A DNA stretch of 64,000 nt from a virus (taxonomy: Duplodnaviria > Caudoviricetes), in IMG/VR virus record IMGVR_UViG_3300032132_000748. The stretch is one strand, 5' to 3'. The notes below the pieces were generated by a model, which worked only from the letters and a program-made list of their open reading frames with translations, searched no databases and was not told where the DNA came from. The position numbers and the translations under genes are program-made. This document shows, piece by piece, positions 9,638 through 19,188 of this stretch (within the stretch, counting starts at the first letter, position 1; each line of letters starts with the position of its first letter).

Positions 9638-10639
9638 ATGGCGTGGAAAGAGCAACTTTTATTTTACAAACAAAGCCCCTATCAGCGTATAGCTTTCTTC
9701 ACGGAGAGTGATGGATCTCTGTCACTAACTCTTGATGATTATTGGCAGTTTAATAGCAAATGTGAGCACATCTATCATGAATGCCTCTTCACAATGCCAG
9801 GACTTTTCCCTAAGAACCTCAAAAACGTTCTGATTCTTGGTGGTGGTGATGGTTTGGGTGTGCGAGAGCTGCTTAAATACAAAACAGTCGAACATATTGA
9901 TATGGTAGATCTTGACCCTGAGATGATCAAATTTGCTAAGACAAATATCTTCATGAAGAATCTAAATAAAGATAGCATGAATAACCCTAAATTAAAGGTA
10001 GAGGTTACTGACGCTAAAAAATGGTTGGCTAAGCCAGTAACTAGAAAATATGATCTAGTTATTGTAGATTTCCCGGATCCAACGTCGGACCTCTTATGGA
10101 CTCTATATACTAAAGAACTTTACGGACAAATAGCCAGCAGGCTATCTAAAACCGGTATAGTTGCTATTCAGTCATCTACATATAACACAAAGACATTTGA
10201 ATTAATTTATGACAAATTAGATAAGGTATTTCCGTTCATTTTGGGTTACCACACAGGAGCCTCATCTGTATTTTGTGGATTTTTCCTAACTTCCTTTACT
10301 CCGATCAAAATGCAGCGTCCTATTCCGGTAAGCTGTCGCTGGTTGAAACCAGAATTGATCAATATGATACTTGGGCTACCCGTTGCTAACTCTAAAACTA
10401 AAAAGAAAAAATCCAGGCAGATACTTGACCCCGACAAGCTGGTCCTCAGAGCAAAACCCCAACTCAAAGGTCCAGCTAGTTTAGGTGAGCTAGGTCAGCC
10501 AGACCCTAATTTTTTCCCAGATAAAAATCCCATTAACGTACCACAGGAAGGTCCTTCCTTGTTTGCCAGCCCTGTCGTTAAGGGAGGGCTTGCAGTAGCG
10601 TTCATTATTCCGTTACTCTTGAAGGTGATGGGTAAGTAA
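9638..10639 (+). CDS. speE: Spermidine synthase (aminopropyltransferase) with added G-tag and C-terminal TM
   Basis: SPYQRI, EHIYHE, LILGGGDG, VDLD, DFPDP; extra tail LGELGQ plus hydrophobic helix. Confidence 0.9.
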   Translation: MAWKEQLLFYKQSPYQRIAFFTESDGSLSLTLDDYWQFNSKCEHIYHECLFTMPGLFPKNLKNVLILGGGDGLGVRELLKYKTVEHIDMVDLDPEMIKFAKTNIFMKNLNKDSMNNPKLKVEVTDAKKWLAKPVTRKYDLVIVDFPDPTSDLLWTLYTKELYGQIASRLSKTGIVAIQSSTYNTKTFELIYDKLDKVFPFILGYHTGASSVFCGFFLTSFTPIKMQRPIPVSCRWLKPELINMILGLPVANSKTKKKKSRQILDPDKLVLRAKPQLKGPASLGELGQPDPNFFPDKNPINVPQEGPSLFASPVVKGGLAVAFIIPLLLKVMGK

Positions 10640-11010
10640 TGGAACAACAAGATATACATAATACTGAAGCAACCCACTACGTCGTAGATTTTTATCAAAT
10701 AAAAAACGGGTCCTTACTTGATGATATGGATTTTTGTCTTACTGCAGTAAAAGACGCGGTCAACGCGGCTGGTTGTGGTATTTTGAATGAATTTTCCCAT
10801 AAATTTCATCCCCAAGGAGTCAGCATCAATCTAACTCTATCTGAAAGTCACTGCGCTATTCATACTTGGCCGGAGAGGGGTTACTGCGCCATAGATTTGT
10901 ATGGGTGTGGTGACGTGGATCTTCAAGCAGGAATTGATCTTTTTGCGGAAAGGTTTCAACCGGGTAAATCTGTAGTTCAAAAAATTAAAAGAGGTCACGA
11001 GCATGATTAA
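10639..11010 (+). CDS. speD: S-adenosylmethionine decarboxylase proenzyme (class 1B)
   Basis: HKFHPQGVS, LSESHCAIHTWPE autocleavage motif; coupled to speE. Confidence 0.92.
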   Translation: MEQQDIHNTEATHYVVDFYQIKNGSLLDDMDFCLTAVKDAVNAAGCGILNEFSHKFHPQGVSINLTLSESHCAIHTWPERGYCAIDLYGCGDVDLQAGIDLFAERFQPGKSVVQKIKRGHEHD

Positions 11011-11410
11011 ATTCGATGATGCAAAGTCTGACGACGAAAAAAAGATCGAACGCTCCTCTGAAATACTCTCTCGTACTATCCCAGAACAAACTGAAGATGC
11101 AATGAGTGACTACACTGCCGTGTTAGCTATCCTTAGAAAAGGGAAAGATTGGAGATTTGAGCCTCTGGTAAAGATGCTTGAAGACGTTTACATCTATCCT
11201 CGCAGAAGTGCCCATAACGAACTTGTAAGTGAGCTAAATGATCTCAAAGAGACACTATTAGAAGAAAGAATACAGAGAGTTCTTTCAAGCAAAGAAGCTA
11301 GTAAGCATTCTCAAAAATTCTTAGGGGATAATAAGCCTGCTAGTAAGATTACTCTTTGGAGAGTCTTGGTTGTTGGGGCGCTGGCCTACCTATTGTTTGG
11401 GCGAAAATAG
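11003..11410 (+). CDS. Tail-anchored membrane protein
   Basis: FLGD before C-terminal TM plus RK. Confidence 0.65.
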   Translation: MIKFDDAKSDDEKKIERSSEILSRTIPEQTEDAMSDYTAVLAILRKGKDWRFEPLVKMLEDVYIYPRRSAHNELVSELNDLKETLLEERIQRVLSSKEASKHSQKFLGDNKPASKITLWRVLVVGALAYLLFGRK

Positions 11411-11961
11411 TGAAAATACCGCGTAGTCCTCAAATCTTGCGCCCCCTACCTTATGCTTATGACGCCATAGAACCTGTTCTCAGTGCCGAAGCTATGCTTA
11501 TACATCACGTAAATCATCAAGGCGGTTATGTTAAAAAATTTAATAAGCTACTAAAGAATGGAGGATCAGAAGAAGATTTAGAATTTAATTACTCTGCCCA
11601 CATCCTACACACCTTATATTTTAACAACCTTGCCTCACCCCACTCTACCCACCCCGGACCAAAATTCCTTGCCAGCTTCCCCTCTGCTGAGAACTGTCTT
11701 CTTGAGATGCTTCAAGAAGCTTCAAACATTAAAGGCTCAGGCTGGGCTTTACTTGTGGAAGACAATAAGGGTCTTTCTATCAAATCAATCCCTAACCATG
11801 AACTTGGTCGAGTTGTAAATAAGTGTAAACCTATACTGGTATTAGACTTATGGGAACATGCCTGGTATCTAGATTATCAATCTGATAAAGCAGATTTTTT
11901 AGAATCTATTAAGAGTTGTATTAACTGGGATAAAGTAGAATCTCGTTTAGCACAAGTTTAA
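11410..11961 (+). CDS. sod: Fe/Mn superoxide dismutase
   Basis: LPYAYDAIEP, HHVNHQGGYV, HILH, GSGW, DLWEHAWYLDY; probable GTG start 11410. Confidence 0.9.
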   Translation: MKIPRSPQILRPLPYAYDAIEPVLSAEAMLIHHVNHQGGYVKKFNKLLKNGGSEEDLEFNYSAHILHTLYFNNLASPHSTHPGPKFLASFPSAENCLLEMLQEASNIKGSGWALLVEDNKGLSIKSIPNHELGRVVNKCKPILVLDLWEHAWYLDYQSDKADFLESIKSCINWDKVESRLAQV

Positions 11962-11978
11962 ATTTAGTATAATACAGC

Positions 11979-12401
11979 ATGAGTAGATTCGGCGTAGTTC
12001 CAGACCCATACAGTGTATTTAATCCACCGGATTACTGGACACAAATGATTGACGACCCCACCCAGGTTCCGGTCCAAATTAACCCGTATGGTGGAGGATA
12101 TGGGCCTCAAGGTCCTTATCCCGGTTTTTATTACGGTCAACGCACGTTCACTCCTGAAGATATGCGTAGAGAAGCTCGCCGTAGAGCCGACTATATGGAT
12201 AGGCGCGCTGACGTATCAGAAGACCCTTCGCATAGATACCTTAACCCTGAAGGAAGACTAAAAGGCCCTGCTGGGTCAGTTCTTCGAGCTTTGAGAGCTA
12301 AAAAGAAGGCTCCTGCACAACAGGACATAGTAAAACAAATCCAAAAGAAAGTCATAACAACGGTTCTAATTGGAGCGGTGCTATCCGCACTATTAAAGTA
12401 A
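11979..12401 (+). CDS. Tail-anchored membrane protein, P/Y/G-rich
   Basis: TATAAT 5 nt before ATG; YYGQ; C-terminal hydrophobic helix. Confidence 0.7.
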   Translation: MSRFGVVPDPYSVFNPPDYWTQMIDDPTQVPVQINPYGGGYGPQGPYPGFYYGQRTFTPEDMRREARRRADYMDRRADVSEDPSHRYLNPEGRLKGPAGSVLRALRAKKKAPAQQDIVKQIQKKVITTVLIGAVLSALLK

Positions 12402-12402
12402 A

Positions 12403-12714
12403 ATGAAAATTGCGGCGGGGCGGAAAGAAGATCCGTCAGACTTCTCAGTTACCTACTCTATACAAGAAATACTAAGAAGAGCTACAAAAAAACTCAAGAT
12501 ACATGATAGAGGCATCCCCCTTACTTCGGATGTTTTTGGTAGGTTTCCTACTTTGGTAGGGCGGCTACGTCGATTTGGTAAGTGGAATAGGGACGGAGTT
12601 TCTCACGTAAAAGTGTTCTATGATCCCAACTACTATCATAGAAACGCCCATACTGTTCATCTGATGGATCCTATTCACATCTATGCGGTGTTAAAGTATG
12701 CAGGTATTAAGTAG
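12403..12714 (+). CDS. Hypothetical protein
   Basis: 103-aa ORF directly after upstream stop. Confidence 0.55.
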   Translation: MKIAAGRKEDPSDFSVTYSIQEILRRATKKLKIHDRGIPLTSDVFGRFPTLVGRLRRFGKWNRDGVSHVKVFYDPNYYHRNAHTVHLMDPIHIYAVLKYAGIK

Positions 12715-13255
12715 TTATTTTATTAACTATCCACTGCTCATCAGGCTTCTTCATCAGTTTTCCTTTAGATATAGTTTGTATGGAAGGTTGCCAAAGATCT
12801 ACTTGTTTTGACACAAAAATTGTATCAGCAGGCATACCATAGTCATATAATCTTTGTGCCATGTGTCGTAATCTGAGATTCAAATAATTTATGTTTGTGG
12901 TTTCAAGAAAATCAAAAACAACAACTGGTGCGTGGTGTTGTATAGTTTCTTCTGTGTGTTCAATTCCCGACATCTCCTGCTCAATGTCTGAATAGGTTAG
13001 TCGAGGTGAGCTATCTTTTGGATATACAATTCCATATTCTCTTTTGTCATCCATATCAAATATTTTATCTATGTGATGAGGATAGACCGAAAATTGTCCT
13101 ACATATAGATTATATTGACCATCGAAAGCGAAGATATGCCTAAATTTTGCATTTTCCCATTGGTTATGGGGGTTAATGTAAAATCCGATGCTACGGAGAA
13201 TCTCTCCTGGGGAATAATACCAGTTGAAAAGTTGACGTAGCTTATCTTTGTCCAC
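12707..13255 (-). CDS. Hypothetical protein
   Basis: 182-aa ORF, last gene of minus-strand block. Confidence 0.65.
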   Translation of the reverse strand: MDKDKLRQLFNWYYSPGEILRSIGFYINPHNQWENAKFRHIFAFDGQYNLYVGQFSVYPHHIDKIFDMDDKREYGIVYPKDSSPRLTYSDIEQEMSGIEHTEETIQHHAPVVVFDFLETTNINYLNLRLRHMAQRLYDYGMPADTIFVSKQVDLWQPSIQTISKGKLMKKPDEQWIVNKITT

Positions 13256-13264
13256 GTCTATAAT

Positions 13265-13591
13265 TTAGACTTTTTTGCGGAGTAAAACCAGCCCTAAAAT
13301 GATAAGGCCGATAGTGGCGAGGCTGGTTTTTGTCTTTTTCTCGGTCTCAAGCTGTCCTAACTCTGTTAGAACGTCACGAGGAGGAAAGTGGCTATCAATA
13401 TAGTACTTATCTACAATAGATTCTGAATCTCCGTAACCTTGAAAAGTACTTCCAGTGTTTACTTTACGTCGAATCTTATTAACGAATCGCGTAAGATCAT
13501 ATTTTCCACGTAAGGATTTTCTAGATTCGTATTTTTTACTAAACTTCATCTCGTCCCTATTTTTTCTCTCAGCTCTATGCTTATATTTCAT
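13265..13591 (-). CDS. Basic tail-anchored membrane protein
   Basis: K/R-rich N-terminus, FQGYGD, LGQ, C-terminal TM. Confidence 0.7.
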   Translation of the reverse strand: MKYKHRAERKNRDEMKFSKKYESRKSLRGKYDLTRFVNKIRRKVNTGSTFQGYGDSESIVDKYYIDSHFPPRDVLTELGQLETEKKTKTSLATIGLIILGLVLLRKKV

Positions 13592-13911
13592 TAAGCCCCC
13601 TTTAGGCTCTTAACTCTAAAAATCATAGCCACTAACAGGGCAGCAAGAATTGTTTTTGTGCTAAATCCGTAGTATTCATCCGGAAAAATGGCACCTGTTT
13701 TAATTTGAGTGAGTAAGTCGTCTTCCATCCCAAAATCTCCTAATCCTTCTAGCTGTCCGGTAGCGCGCGCTGCGGTAAACGCAGTTCTTTCAATCTTATT
13801 ATGAAATTTACTTACTCCAGAGATTTTTGTTTCTCTATCAGCAAGAGCAACTCCTTTATGGAGTCTTTTCATGATATTTTTGTATTTCATAGCAGAGCCT
13901 GTTAATCTCAT
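13591..13911 (-). CDS. Basic tail-anchored membrane protein
   Basis: LEGLGDFG, C-terminal TM; TAATG coupling. Confidence 0.7.
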   Translation of the reverse strand: MRLTGSAMKYKNIMKRLHKGVALADRETKISGVSKFHNKIERTAFTAARATGQLEGLGDFGMEDDLLTQIKTGAIFPDEYYGFSTKTILAALLVAMIFRVKSLKGA

Positions 13912-14888
13912 TAGTAACTCCTATTCCATCGATATGGATTTCTTCTAGCGTAGATTGAGGAATAAAGCCCGCTCTTAGGAAATAATCCTTCAGGGTTTCT
14001 TCTCCTTCTAGCGTAGATTGAGGAATAGAGACCATTCTTAGGAAATAATCCTTCGGGGTTTCTTCTCCTTCTTCGTGGGGCTCTTGGGGCTGCGGTTGGT
14101 GTGCGGCCCCAATCTTCAAGTTTTCTTCCTGCCGTCTCTGCGAGACGAGCGCCTTCCGTAGTTAAAGCTCGTCCAGTTACTCGCGCAGCACCTTTAACTC
14201 CTTCCATAAAGGAGTTTCTACGATACCTTTTATCCGGTTTTTTGCGAGTAGGATACATGGCGTCAAGCTCTCTGTCATGAGAGACAGGTCGTCCGCTATT
14301 AAAGCTCCATCCCGGATTACGGCGATACCTATCGGCTCCATAATCTCTTCTGTGTATTTTTGGTCGGCCACCTCTGAAACTCCATCCAGATATTTCTTCA
14401 TGGTCAAAATGCCTCTTTGGTCGATTTCCCGTAAAGCTCCACCCAGGGTTTCTACGATAGCTTCTAGCGCGCAGAGGGTTCCGTCTGCGGGTTCTTCTGC
14501 TATTCCAGGGGTTTCGCCTGCTATTGTGTCTACGTCGTCCCCAGGGGTTTCTACGGCGGCGTGAGTAGATACTATCGAATAACCCGTCGTCGCCCTGTAG
14601 GGGATTCTTTTTATAAAGCTTAGAGATTACATTTTTATAATGACTCTCATCTTTGAATTTATTATTTTTGTCGGCTAGAGGATCATACAGTGAAGGTCCC
14701 CAAGGGTTTCCTTCTGGGTCTGGATTCCTTCGGAAAGAAGATAAGCGGTCAAAATCTACATTTCTTCTGCGAAATGAAAGTAATCTACCGGGATCTAAAG
14801 AGTTACGTCGTCTAGATAGTCCAGAAGAGCGGGTTAGAGGTCGTGGGTGATTTCCCCATCTGTTATATCTACGTGCATATCTTCTCAT
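13911..14888 (-). CDS. Arg-rich RRNP-repeat protein (putative DNA-condensing core polyprotein)
   Basis: More than ten RRN(P/S) units, three GWSFxxxRP repeats, 60-nt tandem repeat near the 3' end. Confidence 0.75.
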   Translation of the reverse strand: MRRYARRYNRWGNHPRPLTRSSGLSRRRNSLDPGRLLSFRRRNVDFDRLSSFRRNPDPEGNPWGPSLYDPLADKNNKFKDESHYKNVISKLYKKNPLQGDDGLFDSIYSRRRRNPWGRRRHNSRRNPWNSRRTRRRNPLRARSYRRNPGWSFTGNRPKRHFDHEEISGWSFRGGRPKIHRRDYGADRYRRNPGWSFNSGRPVSHDRELDAMYPTRKKPDKRYRRNSFMEGVKGAARVTGRALTTEGARLAETAGRKLEDWGRTPTAAPRAPRRRRRNPEGLFPKNGLYSSIYARRRRNPEGLFPKSGLYSSIYARRNPYRWNRSY

Positions 14889-14940
14889 GCATTGATTATA
14901 TCAATTGGTTAAGTAATTAACAAATAATTAGGTTAAGCTA

Positions 14941-15579
14941 TTACGCTTTATTAAGCAGCTTCCAAGCGGCAGCGGCAATAATGGCCCAGCCAAGGAGTTT
15001 AACTATTCCAGCAGGTTTTCCTTCACCGAAACCAGATAGCCCTTTGCTTTTCATGCTCTTCTTGTATTCTGCGGCTTCTTTTGCGTTAAGTTTTTTGCCG
15101 AACTGATCGAATAATGGATAACCTTTTCTAACTTTCATAGCTGTTCCTACATAAGTAGAAACACCTGTAGCATTTTTGTTATCTTTAACAACCTTTTTAA
15201 TAACAGAATCCAACCCCGGCATATTCTTTGCATAGAGGGAGTAGAGTTTTTCTAGGTCCTCAGACTTAATAAATTCAATAGGATAATTAGTCATCAAGTG
15301 TTTAATGACTTCAAGACGAACCTTTAATTTTCTATATCTTTTACCCGCATCAGAATCGTAACCCAGGACTTTCATTTGCTGAGCGGCTGCTTCAACTTGC
15401 ATTGAAACACGATCAGCTTCTCTTTTCATATTAACTGTAAACTCTTTACGACCAAGATTGTGCGTTAGAGGATACATCTTATATGATGATACTTGTGTAG
15501 TCTCTTCTGGGACATCAACGTTAACGTTGAATCCTTGTCCAGTCGAGTATCTATAAGTTGCGTGACGATAAGTCTCCAT
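14941..15579 (-). CDS. Tail-anchored membrane protein
   Basis: GAGGG RBS; LSGFGE then TM. Confidence 0.7.
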   Translation of the reverse strand: METYRHATYRYSTGQGFNVNVDVPEETTQVSSYKMYPLTHNLGRKEFTVNMKREADRVSMQVEAAAQQMKVLGYDSDAGKRYRKLKVRLEVIKHLMTNYPIEFIKSEDLEKLYSLYAKNMPGLDSVIKKVVKDNKNATGVSTYVGTAMKVRKGYPLFDQFGKKLNAKEAAEYKKSMKSKGLSGFGEGKPAGIVKLLGWAIIAAAAWKLLNKA

Positions 15580-15625
15580 AGTCCCTCATTAACAGTATAT
15601 CAAATTAGAGTAAATATTAGGCTAA

Positions 15626-16765
15626 TTAAGCTCTAACTTTTTTAACCCGTTTTGTTCTTTTGACAATGGGTATTAATCTTCCCGGTTGACTATCCTTGGC
15701 TTTGGTTCGGGTCTTGGCTTTAGCTGGTTTAGAAGGTTTCATCGGTTTCTTTGTAGTAACTTCTTTATTTACAGGTGCTTTCTTTTTTCTTCTAGGTTTG
15801 GGTAGGGAGGGTCCTGCGCTAATTATGGGAGTTTCCACTACAGGGGCTGGTTTTGGTTTTCTTTTCCGCTTCCTTTTTGGTTTTGGTTTTTCTACAGAGG
15901 GACTCTCATCTTTATTAGATCTTGTTAGTTTGATAATCGCGTTTGGGTCAATGCCTCTTGGTTCTGGTAGTTGAGGTAAGTCAACCTTAACTTTTGGTTT
16001 AGTACCTATAACATGAAAAGCCGAATCCATGTTACGCATGAGAGCGCGCTCTTCCTGATCCCATTCAGTAGACTTGTCCATTTCTGGCTTTTTCTTAACC
16101 TTTCGGGGTTCAACTGTTTGTTTACCCATCACCAGGGCTTCGTAATCACCCATGAAATCGGGATCCTTACTCGCCTGAGTGAAGGCTCTATATCGTTGAA
16201 TAGATTTGATCGTTTTATCAAAACCGCTTTCTTTTTCTTCGGGATTTTCTTTCTTTGTTTCATCCTTTGTTAAGAACTTATACATCCAAAAAAGGCCGCC
16301 GACAGATGATGCTAGTGCAGTTCCTAGTAGGAGTGTCTTTTTCTTTGATTTAAGCCAATTAACAACCATTAAAGGCCCATTCAAGCCACTAAACGCACTT
16401 GCTTTGACCATTTGTTTCTTATTACTCTCTTTTTTGGGAGGTTTCGGAGCTGGTTGTACTTTTTGTGGAACTGGTTTAGGCGGTTCAGGCGCTATTTTTG
16501 CGCTTTTAAGGACTACATATAAATCTCTATATTTCTGGTCTAAATTAGACACCTGTTGAGGATGTCCTTGGTATTGTTGTAGTTCAGTTGCTTGTTTTTT
16601 CCTCATTGTGCGAGCAATGGCATCCCTCGCAAAGTGGGCATCAGCAGGTGGGGTAAAAGCCATCATTCTTATGATGGTGTCTTTGAGGGTTACGTAGTCA
16701 TCTACAGTCTGGATGACTTTCAGCCCTTCTCTAAAGGTTATAAGTGTTTCGCGACTTGGCATCAT
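15626..16765 (-). CDS. Membrane protein with K/P-rich basic C-terminus
   Basis: Central TM, FSGLNG, KKENP, H1-like tail. Confidence 0.7.
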   Translation of the reverse strand: MMPSRETLITFREGLKVIQTVDDYVTLKDTIIRMMAFTPPADAHFARDAIARTMRKKQATELQQYQGHPQQVSNLDQKYRDLYVVLKSAKIAPEPPKPVPQKVQPAPKPPKKESNKKQMVKASAFSGLNGPLMVVNWLKSKKKTLLLGTALASSVGGLFWMYKFLTKDETKKENPEEKESGFDKTIKSIQRYRAFTQASKDPDFMGDYEALVMGKQTVEPRKVKKKPEMDKSTEWDQEERALMRNMDSAFHVIGTKPKVKVDLPQLPEPRGIDPNAIIKLTRSNKDESPSVEKPKPKRKRKRKPKPAPVVETPIISAGPSLPKPRRKKKAPVNKEVTTKKPMKPSKPAKAKTRTKAKDSQPGRLIPIVKRTKRVKKVRA

Positions 16766-17061
16766 TTACTCCGAGACTTTATTTTAGCAAACTTTCTCCA
16801 GACCTTGAAACCGATGTACACTAAAGTCATAGTTCCTACTACTGTCAAAGTGCTTCTTACAGGAAAATCTTTTACCGCAGAAAAAACATTCTTAAAGTCA
16901 TCCCGAAGACCGGATAATTCATTGGCTGCCATTTCTCCGAAATTTATTCCACCGAAGTTCATTCCCATAAAAGGGTTACCTGGATTCTCAGAAGAGGGTT
17001 GCTCAGCGGCATCTGGCTCCTCCGTGTAATAATCACTCGATTTGTAAACTTTGTCTGCCAT
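16762..17061 (-). CDS. Small membrane protein
   Basis: NFGE, C-terminal TM, basic end; leaderless-type promoter. Confidence 0.7.
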   Translation of the reverse strand: MADKVYKSSDYYTEEPDAAEQPSSENPGNPFMGMNFGGINFGEMAANELSGLRDDFKNVFSAVKDFPVRSTLTVVGTMTLVYIGFKVWRKFAKIKSRSK

Positions 17062-17073
17062 CTTTCTATTATA

Positions 17074-17916
17074 TCAATTTTTTTCAAGACCATTAGTCAA
17101 TCGGTCAAAGTCTTTCTCTAGTTTATAAAGTCTGCGAGCTAGTCTGCTACTCATCTCTCCGTAGACATCAGAAAATTTGATATCTACAATTGTTCCATCA
17201 TCAAATTCAAGACTAGTTTCATGCTCACCTTCGTGATCATAATTCAAACCCATCGTACACCCACCGATCGATCTGCTGAGCAATTTTAGGTCTTTAGCCG
17301 TTTTGATTATTAATTTCTCTTCACTTCTCTGAAGAACATTAACAACATGCCCTTCTTTGGGTTCCTCATGGTCTTCAAAACTACCCCACTCAGCCATTAT
17401 CCACTCGGAAATGAAATCATCGCTGCTTATATAGTCTCCTGCAACCGGACGTTCGAGAGTAATAGTGTCTTGCCCAAGCCCCCAGGAATTTGAGGCGTTT
17501 CTTTCTGTTGCTTCTATTTTTGTGTCTTTTAAGAACGAAAGATCTATTTCCGTAGCTATAAGAGAGTCTAATGCGCGCCTTGATTCTTCATCTCTTCCTG
17601 CGCGTTTGAGCGCAGTTGCCCACGAAAGAATATCCCCAACAGATCCAGTTGTCCTAGCTCGTCTCTCTAGAGAACGAAGATCAGTGTCTGCATTTCGCCT
17701 ATAAACAGGATTTCTTCTTTTGGAAGTTGCTGGTTCAGGGAGAGCTTTGACTGCAAGGATATACCACTGATCTAAGTAGTATCGAAGATCCTTTTCCATA
17801 CTCTCTTGATATTTATCAGGATCCCAGCCTTTTTTGACTAAGATTTTCTCGACAATATCTGGGTCTTTACTCTTTTCGGAAGCCCAAGAGGTTACGTGTT
17901 GCTTCCAATAATTCAT
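17074..17916 (-). CDS. Hypothetical protein with RRNP/RRNA motifs
   Basis: KRRNPVYRRNADTDLRSLERRA. Confidence 0.7.
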   Translation of the reverse strand: MNYWKQHVTSWASEKSKDPDIVEKILVKKGWDPDKYQESMEKDLRYYLDQWYILAVKALPEPATSKRRNPVYRRNADTDLRSLERRARTTGSVGDILSWATALKRAGRDEESRRALDSLIATEIDLSFLKDTKIEATERNASNSWGLGQDTITLERPVAGDYISSDDFISEWIMAEWGSFEDHEEPKEGHVVNVLQRSEEKLIIKTAKDLKLLSRSIGGCTMGLNYDHEGEHETSLEFDDGTIVDIKFSDVYGEMSSRLARRLYKLEKDFDRLTNGLEKN

Positions 17917-18815
17917 TACTTACAACCGAAAAGTAAGAGTGCTCCTAGAGTAGCGCCTGCTGCAACTGCAGCTAATGCAAGTTTAGGATCTACCGATTTA
18001 GCAGTGGCCGGAGCCTTTCCTGCGTTTGTTAAAGCAGTTGCTGCTTCTTTTTCTATCGCCCCTTCAGTTGCTGCAACAACGTCGTCTGCGAGGTAACTAT
18101 ATCCATTCATTGCCCTATCGTTAGTAGGGTTATAAGAGGTTGAATTTATCTTATCCATACCTTTGGATAGTGACTTATTATGCATCATAGCGATTTTATC
18201 TACCTGATGCTCTCTATTGAGGTTTTCTCTGGCTTTTGGAGGTAACTTGATGCTAGCCTTGTGCATCAGCTTCTGAATTCCTTCAGATAACTGTCTCATT
18301 TGTTTTTTCTGTAAAGCTACTGCTTGAAAGCAACGGTTAAAGTCGGAATCTATGTCGTCTAATCTTAGTCCGATTTCTTTACGCATTCCGATTTTTTTAT
18401 GTCGGTCGGCAAGAGCACTTTTAAGTGTTTCTCCGATTAATTGATAGTTAACAGTTGTCTCATGTAGAACGCGTTTACACCTATCTAGGGTATACCCAAT
18501 TCCATCATTTTGGGTTGCCAGAGTTCTGTGCATATTCTCAAGAAATTCTAGTCTTTCTCTGTCCTTAAATGTGACGATACTTTCTAGGCGCTTCAACCCT
18601 ACGGTTGCCATATCACCTTTCTTGGTTAATTCTCTATGTGCGGATGCCAGTTTATCATATTTGGCTCTGTGATCACGAAGGGTTTCGGTAATCCATTTCA
18701 AAACTTCTGTCGGATTTGGCGGGACTAGACGCCTATCCTGAGCAGCAGATTCTTGTTTAGCTAGATCACCTAATAAATCTTCATATCCGTTAAACCCATT
18801 AGGTATTATTGTCAT
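17916..18815 (-). CDS. Coiled-coil tail-anchored protein
   Basis: Probable ATG 18815 after GAGG; FNGYE, LLGD, long heptads, C-terminal TM. Confidence 0.7.
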   Translation of the reverse strand: MTIIPNGFNGYEDLLGDLAKQESAAQDRRLVPPNPTEVLKWITETLRDHRAKYDKLASAHRELTKKGDMATVGLKRLESIVTFKDRERLEFLENMHRTLATQNDGIGYTLDRCKRVLHETTVNYQLIGETLKSALADRHKKIGMRKEIGLRLDDIDSDFNRCFQAVALQKKQMRQLSEGIQKLMHKASIKLPPKARENLNREHQVDKIAMMHNKSLSKGMDKINSTSYNPTNDRAMNGYSYLADDVVAATEGAIEKEAATALTNAGKAPATAKSVDPKLALAAVAAGATLGALLLFGCK

Positions 18816-18879
18816 ATGGAACCTCAACTGTAATTATAACAAAAGGCTTGCTGTAATCGGATAAATAGATTTTTAATTC

Positions 18880-19188
18880 CTACGAAGCTGCTTGCTTCTT
18901 TCGTCTCATGGACCAGGCAAAACCTAAAAGGAAGAGTCCAATAAGCCATGTAGGGAAACCTTTGTATTTTTCAGAGAATAATGCGGCCTTCTTAGGGCCA
19001 GGAACAGTAGGTTTCTCGTCGTCATCGTCATCGTCATCGTCTTCAGCCTCAGCCTGTCCGAAGTAACCCCCTAAACCACCTAACCGAATATCGGTTCTTT
19101 GGGTGGGCGGTGATGATCCTCGTTTGCTATAAAGATCATTATAGATACCATCTTTAGAGTAAATTGATTTAAATAATCCTTTAGACAT
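18880..19188 (-). CDS. Tail-anchored membrane protein with poly-Asp
   Basis: LGGLGGYFGQ, poly-Asp tract, TM. Confidence 0.7.
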   Translation of the reverse strand: MSKGLFKSIYSKDGIYNDLYSKRGSSPPTQRTDIRLGGLGGYFGQAEAEDDDDDDDDEKPTVPGPKKAALFSEKYKGFPTWLIGLFLLGFAWSMRRKKQAAS

